From Azolla caroliniana (lineage: Eukaryota > Plantae > Polypodiophyta), in the NCBI GenBank assembly GCA_043228905.1, contig JBHGNT010000005.1:4774001-4838000 (forward strand): a stretch of DNA of 64,000 nt, in the 5' to 3' direction. Position 1 is the first letter of the stretch, and every line of letters begins with the position of its first letter. The position numbers were made by a program, and so were the translations under genes. Below the pieces are notes generated by a model. That model had not been told where the DNA came from. It was given only the letters and a program-made list of their open reading frames with translations, and did not search any database. Of the stretch, positions 34,280 to 46,693 are shown piece after piece.

Positions 34280-37200
34280 AGAGGACTGCCAAGGCGTGGG
34301 GCCGCGACAGTCCGGATGCTCCGGAAAAACCCCACATCTGTAGGATAAAACCGTGTACAATAGGTAGGAAATTTTGCTTCTCCGACAGCGGAGCATGTAC
34401 GATGGTCGGCATCACCGGCCGAGAGAAAACAAAGACGGAGGGGAGACTTCGGGCGTGCGGAGTTCTCGGCCCTGACGAAGGAATCAACGGAGCCGTGGAG
34501 GCAGTCTCCTTCAACGACACCTTGGGAATGCTGGGGAAGGTAGTCGAAGAAGACCTTAACGAAGACCGGACGATACCGGTATGTTCCGAAGAAATGTACG
34601 AAGTCATCGCGGACTTCGATCGAGGGCTCGAGTCGGAACGGACGGCCCGAGTTAGCACCAAGTACAAGACTGTGGACCGGAAGGTGAGGCCAGTTGCGGC
34701 GCCCTTACCGGAGGGCAGCGAATCCCGAATCAAAGGGGTTGCATCGGACCCCAGCTTACGAGATCCGGCCTGCATAGGACACACCTTCACCAACGAGACG
34801 CTTCGCGAGCTGAAGATCGGTGGGGGCGGGTTCCTACTGTCGGCGGAGGAAGACCGGTTTCGGAGAATGCTCGGAAGGCACGGGAAAGCCTTCGCATTCT
34901 CGCCGGAGGAAATCGGGTGCGTGGATCCGACGATCGTAGAGCCGATGGTGATATTCACGGTACCGCATGTACCGTGGAATCTCAAGCCAATTTCGGTTCC
35001 GAGAGCTCACATCCCGAAGTTGATGGAGCTGTTGAAGCAGAAAGTTGATATGGGCATTCTCGAGCCGTCGAGCGCCCCGTATTCAAACCGCTGGTTTACC
35101 GTACCAAAGAAAAACGGATCATTGCGCTTCATTCAGGACCTGCAGCCGGTCAATAGAGTGACCATTCGGAACGCAGGGATCGGACCGACCATAGACGAGT
35201 TCGCGGAGGCCTTCGCCGGAAGGTCGATTTACTCGGTCGGTGATCTATACTCAGGGTACGACCAGTTCCAGCTAGCCGTGGAGAGCAGAGACATTACGAC
35301 GATGCGAACTCCCCTCGGCCTAGTGCGGATGTGTACGCTGCCGCAAGGAGGGACCAACTCGGTGGCCCACATGGTGAATGCGATGAACAAGGTACTGAGG
35401 GACTGCATCCCAGACATCACCATGCCGTTTCTAGACGACATCCCGATCAAGGGATGCCCGGTAGAAGAGAAGGACGAGACGATCGGGCCGGACGGATGCC
35501 GGCGATTCGTGATGACGCACATCGACGACTGCGAGAAGGTGCTGCAAAGGTTAGAGGATGCGAGGCTCACCTTCTCGGGGGAGAAATCAGCCTTCGCGCA
35601 GTCGGAAATCATGGTGGTCGGACACTTATGTGGGCCATATGGCCGGAAACCGTCTCCGGCAAAGGTAGAAGCCATCTCCGCGATGAAGCCCGACTGCAGC
35701 TCGGTCACGGAAGTACGAAGATTCCTGGGGGCATGCGCATTCTACCACATATGGATCCCGCATTACGCCCACATTGCGGAGCCGCTATACGGATTATTGA
35801 AGAAAGGGCGAAGATTCGAATGGCTAGACAAGCACACGGAGTCGGTCCGGAAGCTGAAGGAGGCTCTTTCGGCAGCACCGGCGCTCCGAAAGGCCGTCTA
35901 CAGGAAGGGCACCCCAGTGTACATAACGGTTGACACGAGTCCGACCGGAATCGGGTGGGTCGTCAACCAAGAAGACGAGGACGGCAATCGGTTTCCGATC
36001 CGATTCGGCGCGAAGGTCCTCAGTGAGCGGCAGCGAGGATACGCCCAGGTTAAACGCGAACTCTGGGGTATCGTTTCGGCGGTGAAGGCCGACAAGGACT
36101 ATCTGATCGGGACAGAGGTAATCATAGAGACGGATTGCATGCCGATTCTCGGCATGGTTTCCGGATGCGCGACGCCGGACCTGGCAATGCTCAGGTGGAT
36201 AGCGTACATCAAGTCCCTGGACCCGGGAATACGACACATTTCCGGGAAAGACAACGCCATGGCCGACATGCTTTCAAGGGCGAGATTCGATGACGAGGGC
36301 GGCATGGTTTCGGAGGACGAAGAGGTCGGCGTGGACTTCTTCGAGACTGCGTATGTGACAACCGACGGAACAAGCACTTCGGCGCTTAACGACTTCGACG
36401 CGAGCAAGTACGACGGGGAGTGGCTGGAGATCGGTGGGTTTTTGAAGACAATGACGCCCGATGCGTCATGGACGAAGGACGAGGCCAACCGGATCCGGAA
36501 GAAAGCGTACCGGTTCTTTCTCCGGGATGGATACTTGTGGAAGCACCCGAAGAAGAGGAACGGCGTCCCGCTCCGGGTGGTGGCAATGAAGGAAGATCAG
36601 GAGGAGCTGCTAGCGGCCTACCACGACAGCCCTTGGGCTGGACACCGTGGAACATGGGCTACGTTTGAGAAACTGAAGGGGAAGTATTGGTGGCCGGGGC
36701 AGTACCAGGACGTGCATCGGTTCGTGACAACTTGCGAGAGCTGTCAGATGCACTCCATAGTCCGACATCGAGACGAGCTTCACCCTACGTACCCTCCGGC
36801 CATTCATTTCAAATGGATGGTAGATCTGGTAACGATGCCAATGGGAGTAGGACAGATGCGGTAACTGGTCCTAGCGCGGGAGGATCTGACGAACCAGGTG
36901 GAAGGCCGGGCCCTTCCGAACAAAACGACCGCGGCCGTATGTCGGTTCCTAATCGAGGACGTGATATGCCGGTACGGGTGCGTCGGGAAGATCGTGGCTG
37001 ACCGAGGGGAGTTGGACGCCGAAGAAGCCGCGGAGCTGTTGGACCGGCTGGGAGTCAAGCTCTCGCTCACCACTGCGTACAATCCGGAGGCGAATGGAAA
37101 GGTGGAGCGCGGACACGGGCCGATTGTCAAGGCGCTGGTTCGAGCATGCGGAGGCCGAGTCGGTAACTGGCCGCGGCTGCTACCTTATGCTTTGTGGGCG

Positions 37201-37758
37201 GACAGGACTACGCACAGTTCGGTAACCGGGTACATGCCGACGGAGCTCATGTTCGGCCAGAAGCCGATCATGCCGATGGAACGGACGATCTCCTTATGGG
37301 CAACGGTCGATTGGAGGGACGAGATGAGCCGGGAGGAGTTGTTGGCCGCGCGTATACGACAACTCGAGCGGAGACCGGAGGACGTGGAACTGGCTGCGGA
37401 GAAGCTCCGGGTGGCGAGGACAAAGAACAAAGCCAGGTTCGACCGAACGCACCGGCTCCGACCGAAGAAAATCGAAGAAGGTGACTGGGTGCTCATCTAC
37501 GACAGCAGCCTCGACAACCAGCACCGAGCCACACGGAAGTTCGCACGAAGGTGGTTCGGGCCTTACGTGGTACGGAGCGCCAATGACAACGGGACATATC
37601 ACCTGGCGGAACTCGACGGCACGAGAGTGGCGATACCGGTTGCAGGGAAGCGGATCAAAGCGTTCAAGAAGCGACACGACGACGAGCCAGACCCGGCTCT
37701 CCTAGTCAGCAGTGACGAACGATCCGAAAACGAGGAAGAACCGACGGGCGAGGAATGA
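34277..37758 (+). pseudogene. G1 pol (RT-RH-IN) in the -1 frame, one premature TAA (36862-36864)
   Basis: DLYSGYDQF, FLDDIPIKG, HHCC zinc finger, YNPEANGKVERGH, WFGPY. Confidence 0.92.
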
Positions 37759-38610
37759 AGACGGGCCGGTTTTCTCCGTCCCAACTCTCTTGGCGCATAC
37801 CGGAGGATGCGCGGTTAGGTGGGGGCGGATGTCGTGAAGAAAACCGTCCATAGGCGGAATCGGCGCACCTAGGTGTGGGAACCGGTTCTTCACGCGCGCA
37901 AGCTCCAAGTTGTACATAGAAGCGAATTAGGAGGATAATCGGCAGGAACGGGCCCTAACACAAGTGGAGACAAAGACCGCGCGAACAGTCTTTTCGGTCG
38001 CGCGCGCGAGCGAAGGAACTGTACGAGTCGGCGGCGTAACTACGCGGACGCGTGAAGGACGGAGCGGATCCCTGTCCAAAAGGGACAGGGAATAAAGCTG
38101 ACATGACGGCCTGCTCGTCGGCCTATATAAGGAGGAGGAAAGAGCTGTTGCAGGCATCTCGCGCAGAGAGGACGAAGTGCTGTCGGACCGTTTCTGGACG
38201 CTTCTCTCTCTGTTTCCTTCCTTCTTGAGCTCCATAGCTTTTCTGTGCAGGGTTCCGAGGAGGCTCGCGCAGTTTCGAGGAACGCCCGAGTGCTTCCGGC
38301 AACACCTCCGACCGACCTGCTACCCCTTTGTGCATCGGCATCTGTTCGCCGGCCTGTTCGGTTGTAACCAACCTGTGCCCCATCGAGGGTTGTAGTCGTG
38401 TTAGCCATTTTTCTTAATATACATATTTAGTCATTCGCATCTGTCTGTGTCGGTGTCTGTTCGCGTTCTCCGTGCTGAAGGGCCGTGTCCCTGTGTATCC
38501 CCGGTCCTGCGTAGCCGGTTCTCTCTCTTTCTCCTCCCTCGCTTGCTCTTTGGTTCGAGACCCCCGCGGTCCCGCCTCGTTTCCACACGCACTTGCGTAA
38601 TATCTAGACA

Positions 38611-39769
38611 ACGTAATATCGGCATTCGCCGAATGTAGCGGTTTGCGCTGGTTCCCATACGTCGAAATGGACTATGTCGAGTAGACCTTTGCTCACGTTC
38701 CACTCTTTCGGGAATGGGTATCGGTGTTGCTTGCCGAATTGGCACGCTTCGCATACACCTTCAATCTCCTTCTCTTTGAATGTTGGGAGTCCGATGACAA
38801 CTCCTTTCGATTTCATTGCTTTGAGCTTTTGGAGATTTATATGGGCAATCCGCTTGTGCCATAAGTCTATGTTAGAGTCAGCTTTGATGCCCTTTGCGAA
38901 CATGGCAGATTTCATCTCGTGTGAGTCGAGAATGAACATTCGACCCTCTCTTCGTCCGCGTGCGATGAGTCGACCCTCTTTTTCAATGAAGCAACCGCCT
39001 TGATTAAATCGAACTTACATCCCTTGCTCTACAATTTGGTCGACGGAGACCAAATTCTTCGTAATGGTCGGTATATACAAGACATTTTTAATGTAATTTT
39101 GCTTACCTTCTTTTACGAACAGAACATTGCCGATGTGCCGAATCGGATGCGTAGTGTCGTCTCCGGTTTCGACATAGCCGGGTCGGTCCGGCTCTCGAAG
39201 TTGTCGGAACCATTCTTGATGCGATGTCATATGGTTCGAGGCACCGGAATCGACGAACCAGACGTCTTCCGGACCGGAGGCACTAGTTGAGGTAGAGGCC
39301 GACATAGAGTTTGCTCTATTTTTCATCATGAACATTACGCCACGGTCGGAGTTGCGTGCATACATTCCGCCACGATCTTCGTAGTTGGATTTGTTCCCGT
39401 ACATTCCGCTATACTGTTCGTAGTTGTAATTGTGTGCGTAATTCGTGAGTTGTCGCTTATGGAAGCCGATTCACGCATCTTCTTTCGGCAATCTTCTTCG
39501 TGGTGGCCGAGCTTTCCGCAATATCCGCATTTGGTTGCGTTTTGACGACTCGAGCCGGAGTGGAAGCTCCCCCTTCTTGCGAAGGTTCCTCGTTGGCCTC
39601 CATTTTGCGGCCGAAATTGGGAGTTGTTGTCGTAGGTCGTCCCTCGTCCACCTTGTCCTTGGCCGAATCGGCCTCTCGCTCGTCCGCGTCCTCTTCCTCT
39701 GTTAGAGTACGTGTAGAGCATGTGGCCTTACGACTCATTGCTCCTTGTATGCACGTGGTTTTCTTCGAC
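38611..39769 (-). pseudogene. C4 gag knuckle-protease-GAG-pre-integrase segment
   Basis: CGYCGKLGHHEEDC, WFVDSGASNH, LWHKRIAH, CEACQFGKQHR. Confidence 0.9.
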
Positions 39770-40211
39770 TGTTGGCTGGTCAGAAGAGCAAGGACAAGTG
39801 GGAAGGCGGAGTCGGATTGGATAATAGGAAGTAAATAATAGTAGAATTATTATTCGGAGGGACGGATCCGGTACAGTTGTACCGATCCGGATCCGGACCG
39901 ATTCGGATGTCGGTTGCCTAAGCGCACCGATTGTAACCTTGCCGAATGCCTATAAAAGGATCCGATGATTTGTAAAGGGTTTGAGGGAAAGTAATACAAT
40001 AGTAATTATTGCGTGTTTATCTGTATCTCGTATTGTATACCGTCTGTGCTTAATTGTAATCATCTTACGCGTGTAACCTAGCATCCAATCCTTACCACCC
40101 CTTTGGAGAAGTGTCGGATAGACACCTGTGTTGAGGCTAGTCCGGCCAGGAAGACAACACTATTTTGGCGACCACGATTCCTGCAAAGTGCAGAGGACAA
40201 CCGGGGGATGG

Positions 40212-43200
40212 ATGTCTAGACCAAACGACGACCACATCACTGAACGAGGGAGACGATACACCGAACGCGAGCAACGACGGGAAGCCCTGCAGCAAGCCGT
40301 CGACGAGATCCGGCGGGATCGATCATTCTCCAAAACTCTTCGGAGAGTCGCAGAAGAAGCACTGCAGTTCCGGGTTCTACAAATCCCCGACGAATGGAGT
40401 AGCATAACAAGCCTGCACGAGGCGGAAACGATACTGTAGACGCTCGCCGGGGGCGACGGGGACTCGGAAGCATTCGCAACACTTGAGGCGGAGTCGGAAA
40501 GCGACGGAAGCGTTGCGTCCCGGTATAAAAGCAGCCACGACACACCAAACGACCGGGAGGACGAGGGGTCGGAAGACTCAGTAACACCGGCGCCAGAGGA
40601 AGAAATAACCCTGGAATTCGGTGACCGGCAATCGCCGAGGGAGGCTGACCGGATACCGACAACAACCGCGAAGGAACCGAAGGAGCGGATACCGACAACA
40701 CCCGCGGAGGAACCAAAGGACCGGACACCGGCAACACCCGCGGAGGAACCAAAGGTTCTCACACCAACGCCAACAGATGACAGAGAGCGGAGGAAGCAGG
40801 AGAGTCAGTTGGACGACACGATGCCGTACCCATACCCAAAGTACCGGAATGAGGCCGACGCGGAGGCACACGTGTACGCATTCCTCCAAACATGGGAAGC
40901 CAACCATGTCTCCCAAAGACTGACGGAGCCCGAAGCCGAACGATCCAAAGTCGCCGAATTCGGCATAACCTTAGAAGGACCGGCGGCCCGATGGCACGCA
41001 AAGCACTTACCGGGCAGCTTTGCCACATTCGATGCCTTGAAGGCCAGATTCCTCAGGCTTTTTCACAGACAATTTGAGCAAAGGGAATTGGTCGGGCAGT
41101 TCTACACCACCCGGCAAGAAGAGAACGAGACTGTGCCACAATTCATCATTCGGTTTCAGACCCTGCACAGCCAACTGACAAGAGCACCACCCGAAGACGA
41201 AGCCAAAGCAGTCTTTTTGGCCGCGCTGAAAGAGCCACTTCGAACAATGTGCGGAGTCCTTGATTTCCAAACCAGCACAATGGACCAAGTTATTGATCGG
41301 GTTTTAGAAATGGACAAGACTAGCCCCTTCTTGTCGATGGGGATGTTACACCGGGCACTCCCGAAGGAGGAAGACCTGAGGTTCCGACAGGCCTTACAAT
41401 GTACAACATGCCTAAATTCGGGGCACTCAACAGTAGACTGCACCCTGCGGACACAATGTATGATCTGCAACTCTTGAGCCCATACAACGGACCGATGCGA
41501 ATATAACCTGTTAAATCGGCAGGCAGCACCGGTTCGACACATAGAACTGCGCAATCAGAACCCGGACGAGGATCGATTCCGGAGAGACGACCGCTACCAA
41601 CGCGAACGCGGTAACAAATACGCTGATAGAAGACGCGATAACTATGACCGAGAGGAGAGACGCAGAGATAGCTACCCCCGGGACCGGTACGACCGAGACG
41701 AATCCCCGGAATACGAACGACGCAGAGAAGAGAGGCGACAAGGGAACCGAAATTTCCGACGGAATCAGAAGCGTGGATTTTTCCAAAGAGAGGAACGTCG
41801 GGAGGCAGCGAGGAATGACAACTCGGTATCGGTACCGGATAACCGAAAACCGAAGATGACCGCCGGAGCATACCCACCCTCCAAACCGGGGACAAAGGAG
41901 AAACGAGCAACAGTCACAAGGTGTACTGTTATTACTGCCGTAAGGAAGGCCACTATAGTAACCAATGCCCAAGAAAAACCAATGACAAGCAGCCGGAAGT
42001 CAACATGGTTACAGCCGAAATAACAGAAGTACAGCAGGTCACAACCCGGTCAAAGGGAAAGACCGCCGAGTGGGAAGCCCAGGAGGCAATCAGAAAACAA
42101 GCGGCGCAATGGATCAAGCAGGCCAATGAACAGAATGCGGCAGAAGTAAGAGACCAAAGTATGCCAAAAGACGAAGAAATCATACAGCCAGGAGAAAACC
42201 CGACGTGCAAGCGCTACAGGACTGTCAAATCGTGTTGTTGTTAGCACGACTACTACAGTTGGTGCCACGGTTTACGGCAGACTTACAGGCATCCGTGAGC
42301 AAACCGAAGCCGACGCCAGCACTGGCATTCTTCTCCAACCCGGAGGAAGGACCAGCGGTGGTCGATACAAGTAGCCCGACGATCACGGCAATCGTGAAAG
42401 GAAAGGAAATTGCTGGAACGATTATTGACGGAGGCTCCGGGGTAAATGTCATCAGCCAACAGACATGCAACGACCTGGGCATCCGGGAATGGGAACCATG
42501 CCCCTTCTGGTTATGCATGGCGGATACCAGCTCAGTCCGATCGACCGGGCTTATCCGGGATTTGGAAGTAACGATCGGAGGCCACGTATTCCGGATATCG
42601 GCCGTGGTGCTGCAGCTGAATGTACAAGGCACGTACCCCCTACTGCTAGGACGACCATGGCTGCGAATGGCGCATATCAAGCAGAGCTGGCAAAAGAACA
42701 TGATCACATTCCGGCGAGGGAAAACAAAGGTACAAGTAACGACGCAACCACGGGTGATCACCAGTAAGGAAGCAACTCCATTGTATGCGGAAAGCATTAA
42801 CATGTTGGAGGGATTACCGGACGAGGAAGTCGAGCGGTACCTCGAGGAACACCCATGAATCGTCCCACTATTTGAGGTGGATATCACGGCGGCAGTAGAA
42901 CCGTACATTACGACGCCGGATGAACCGGACCAAGCGGCGATCCAAGAACTGCGACAAGCGCAGGAATCCCTAGAGACGGAAATGACGATATCCCAGAGGG
43001 TAAAAGCATCCCAACTAGAGGAGGTGGACCTCGGCACAGCAGACAAGCCCCGACCGGTAAATGTTGCAAAGGAGTTGCCGAAGGAAGAAAAGAAGGCAAT
43101 GGTAGCATTATTAACAGACTTCAAGGATGTGTTCGCGTGGTCGTACGAAGACATGCGAGGGGTGGACCCCCAGCTCTATCAGCACCAAATTCACCTTAGT

Positions 43201-46017
43201 ACGGACGCGAAACCGATCGCTCAACGCAGGTACCGGATGAATCTGAATTATGCGGCGAAGGTGAAGGAGGAAATTGATAAGCTCCTCCGGGTCGGATTTA
43301 TCCGACCGGTCAAGCAGGCAACCTGGCTGAGTCCGATAGTGGTGGTCCCGAAAAAGAACGGCAAAATCCGGGTATGCGTGGACTACCGAAAACTAAATGC
43401 CGCAACAGTGACCGATGCGTTTCCACTACCATTTACGGACGGGGTGTTAGATGCGGTAGCCGGCCACGTAGTTTACAGCTTCCTGGATGGATTTAGCGGT
43501 TACAACCAAATACGAATGAACCCGGCCGACCAGGAGAAGACAACGTTCGTGACGGAATGGGGAGTGTTCGTCGCGGTCGTGATGATGTTCGGACTAAAGA
43601 CGGCTCCAGCGACCTTTCAAAGGATAATAATGGAAATTTTCGGGGAATATATCCCCGGTTTTATGCAGATCTTCCTTGACGATTTCGCGGTCTACAGCCG
43701 GCACGGAGAGCATCTCGATCACCTCCGGCTGTGTTTGGAGAAGTGCCGCGAGTACCGATTGAGCCTGAACCCGGCCAAGTGCATCTTTGGAGTGGCAAGC
43801 GGCAACTTACTAGGGCACATGGTGAGTAAGGAAGGAATCGCGGTAGATCCGGATAAAGTCAAGGCAATTCTCGAGGCACCAGCACCAAATAACGCAAAGG
43901 CTTTAAGCCGGTTCCTGGGCCAAATAAGGTGGCATAGCCGGATGATACGGCACCTCGCAGACTTCGCTACACCGTTACATACCGCCGTACATAGGGTACC
44001 CTTCCTATGGGTGGAGACGGAGGAGGAAGCCTACCAAGCGTTGAAGGTTATGCTGTCGCAAGCTCCGGTGGTGCAACCGCCGGATTGGAGTAAAAGCTTT
44101 CACGTCTTCGTCGACGCGTCGGACGTAGCAATCGGCAGCGTTCTGATGCAACTCATGGAGCCGAAATGGTACCGACCGGTGTACTACGCAAGCCGGAAAC
44201 TCTCAAAAGCCGAACGGAATTACTCTACGACGGAACGCGAGGCATTGGGAATGGTGTATAGTGTCACAAAGTACAGGCACTATCTGCTCGGAAGGAAGTT
44301 TTCCTTCCATGTCGACCATTCGGCACTACTCTACCTGGTCTCGAAGGCATCCTTGACAGGAAAAATTGCACGATGGACACTGTTGTTACAAGAATTTGAA
44401 TTCGACATTTTCCACCGACCCGGGGCGCAGCATGCGGTAGCGGACTACCTAAGCAGACTCGAATCCGGAGAAGCAGGGGACGGCGTCCAGGATGAGTTTC
44501 CCAACGCTGAGTTGTTCCGGATCACGACGAAACCGGCAACGGATGCAACGGTAGCCGATGAAGACACGTGGCTAACTGAGATGCATCAGTTCCTGAGCAC
44601 CGGAGTTCCCCCGGAGAACATGGACCGCGATGAAAGGAAAAGGGTAGCAGTAAGAAGCAGACATTTCTGCTTGGTTGGAGACACCCTCTATCACAAGGGG
44701 GCAGATGGCATCTGGAGACGAGCAGTGCGGAGCGATGAGAAGGATCTAATCCTCAGGGAAGCCCACTGTGGAATTGCTGGCGGGCATTATGCCGGCGACG
44801 CAACCGCTCGGAAAATATGGCAGAGCGGACTGTGGTGGCCGACCACCCTAAAAGATGCCGTGAAGTATAGCAGAGAATGCGATTTGTGTCAACGACTGGG
44901 CCAACCCACAAAGCAGGCCCGGATGCCACACCACCTGGTCTTGCCCTTGGAACCGTTTCAAAAGTGGGGGTTGGACTTTGTCGGTCCCTTCAAACCACCG
45001 TTAATGCGAACCGGAAATCGGTATGGCATAGTGGCGACCGACTATTGCACCAAATGGGTAGAAGCAAAGGCCTTACGGGACAACACGGCCGCGTCCACGG
45101 CAAAGTTTCTGTACGAGTGCATATGGTGCCGGTATGGATGCCCGATCGAGCTTATAAGTGACCAAGGAGGACATTTTCTCGGGCAGGTAGTAGAAAGCCT
45201 GACGTCATTTTACGCGGTGGTACATAAAAAGAGTACTTCCTACTACCCTCAAGCCAATGAACTAGCAGAATCAACGAACAAAACTCTGCAGAACATCCTA
45301 CGAAAAATCGTCAACGAGAACCGGACCGACTGGGATACGAAATTGCAAAGCGCGCTATGGGCGTACCGAACAACCTACAAAACCAGCATCCGGACAACCT
45401 CGTTTCGGCTAGCATTCGGTTTAGAAGCGGTCATGCCGGTAGAGTTCCGGATCCCCAGCTTACGGATTCAGGTGAAGGAGCGCTTAAGTGAGAACGAGTC
45501 CGAACGAATCCGGCTGGCGACGTTGTTGGAATTAGAAGAAAACCGAATAGCCAGCTTACTACAACTCAAACTAGAGCAAAGGAGGAGAAAAGCTTTCGTG
45601 GACCGACACCGGCGTGGCAACGAAAAGGAGTTCGAAGTCGGGAAACCGGTGCTACTATTCCAGACACGGATGGGGAACATGTCGGGAAAGTTGCGGTTTC
45701 GGTGGACCGGACCGTTCTGGATCACCAAGGAGTACAATGGGTCGTATCAGCTCGGCACGTTGTCTGGAGATCTCATCGGCAAGTGGGCAAATGGGTTTCG
45801 GCTAAAGCCGTATAAGGGAAATATGCCAACAAACCCGTTCAAGCAAAACCCGGAAATCCGGCAAGATGAGGAACGGACACCGACAAACGTTGCTGAAGAT
45901 ATTCGGACCGAGGAAGAACCGACACCGATACTGACAAAGACTATCCCGGAAAACCGACAGAAGGATCTGGTATCCACACGAACCGACCCGAACAAATCGG
46001 GGGGGACCAGCAAATGA
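40212..46017 (+). pseudogene. G3 gag-PR-RT-RH-IN, several stops and frameshifts; RT-RH-IN open 42877-46017
   Basis: IIDGGSGVN, FLDGFSGYNQI, FLDDF, ERNYSTTEREAL, KWGLDFVGP, RWTGPF. Confidence 0.92.
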
Positions 46018-46693
46018 CGTGGTCCAAACAAAGAAAAAAAAAGAAAAAAAAAAGAAAAAAAAAAGAAAAAAAAAAGAAAGAAGACGTGGGCAAAATCGAC
46101 GCGAATCATAGTAATGATGGGGAGATCACAAGAGGTGGGAGCGCCACCATGCAACGAAGAGGCGCCATGCATTAAAGAAGGACGTGCGCGTACTTGCTAT
46201 TTAAAGCATGGAACGTGGGCACTCACACAGGGCAAACAAGAAAGGACATACTAATTATGGTGGGAGAGGAACATGCGCGGGAAACGAAAAAGGGCGGCTC
46301 GAGGCAAAAGCCACTATATAAGACACAGGCCTACAAAGGACTCACTTTTTACGAATTTTCCTACATACAGGCGCAGAAGCACAGAAGAGCGATCCGACGC
46401 ACAGAGCACACACAGCCCGATACCGAACAACAGGCAGCAGAAGAAGAATTCGAAACAATGGTACTGTCGAAAGAGGCACGCCAATGGATGAGGGAGAACG
46501 GGTTAAAAGGATTGTTGCGGATCGCCGACGCTCCACCACACGCAGAGCAAGAGCAGGCGGCAACATCGATCGATTTATCAGAAGTCACGGAAGGAGCGGT
46601 GCAGGCGCTCACAGGGATAAAAGCAGGAGGACTTCAAACAATCGAAAACCCTTCAAGTGAAATCCTGTTCGAATATTTCGGTGAGTACTCTAT

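Larger units (their letters stand above)
31312..38610 (+). mobile_element. Full-length Ty3/gypsy element G1 (no chromodomain seen, tRNA-Trp PBS, GC-rich), 4-bp TSD ACGT
   Basis: LTRs 31312-32108 and 37830-38610 (16-bp indel); ACGT at 31308-31311 and 38611-38614; order gag-PR-RT-RH-IN. Confidence 0.97.

Noticed and set aside
32308-34985. Long antisense ORFs over G1 (and similar ones over C2, G3 and Hsp70 copy 2)
   Set aside because: Shadow ORFs of GC-rich coding strands; Ser/Arg-rich with no motifs.
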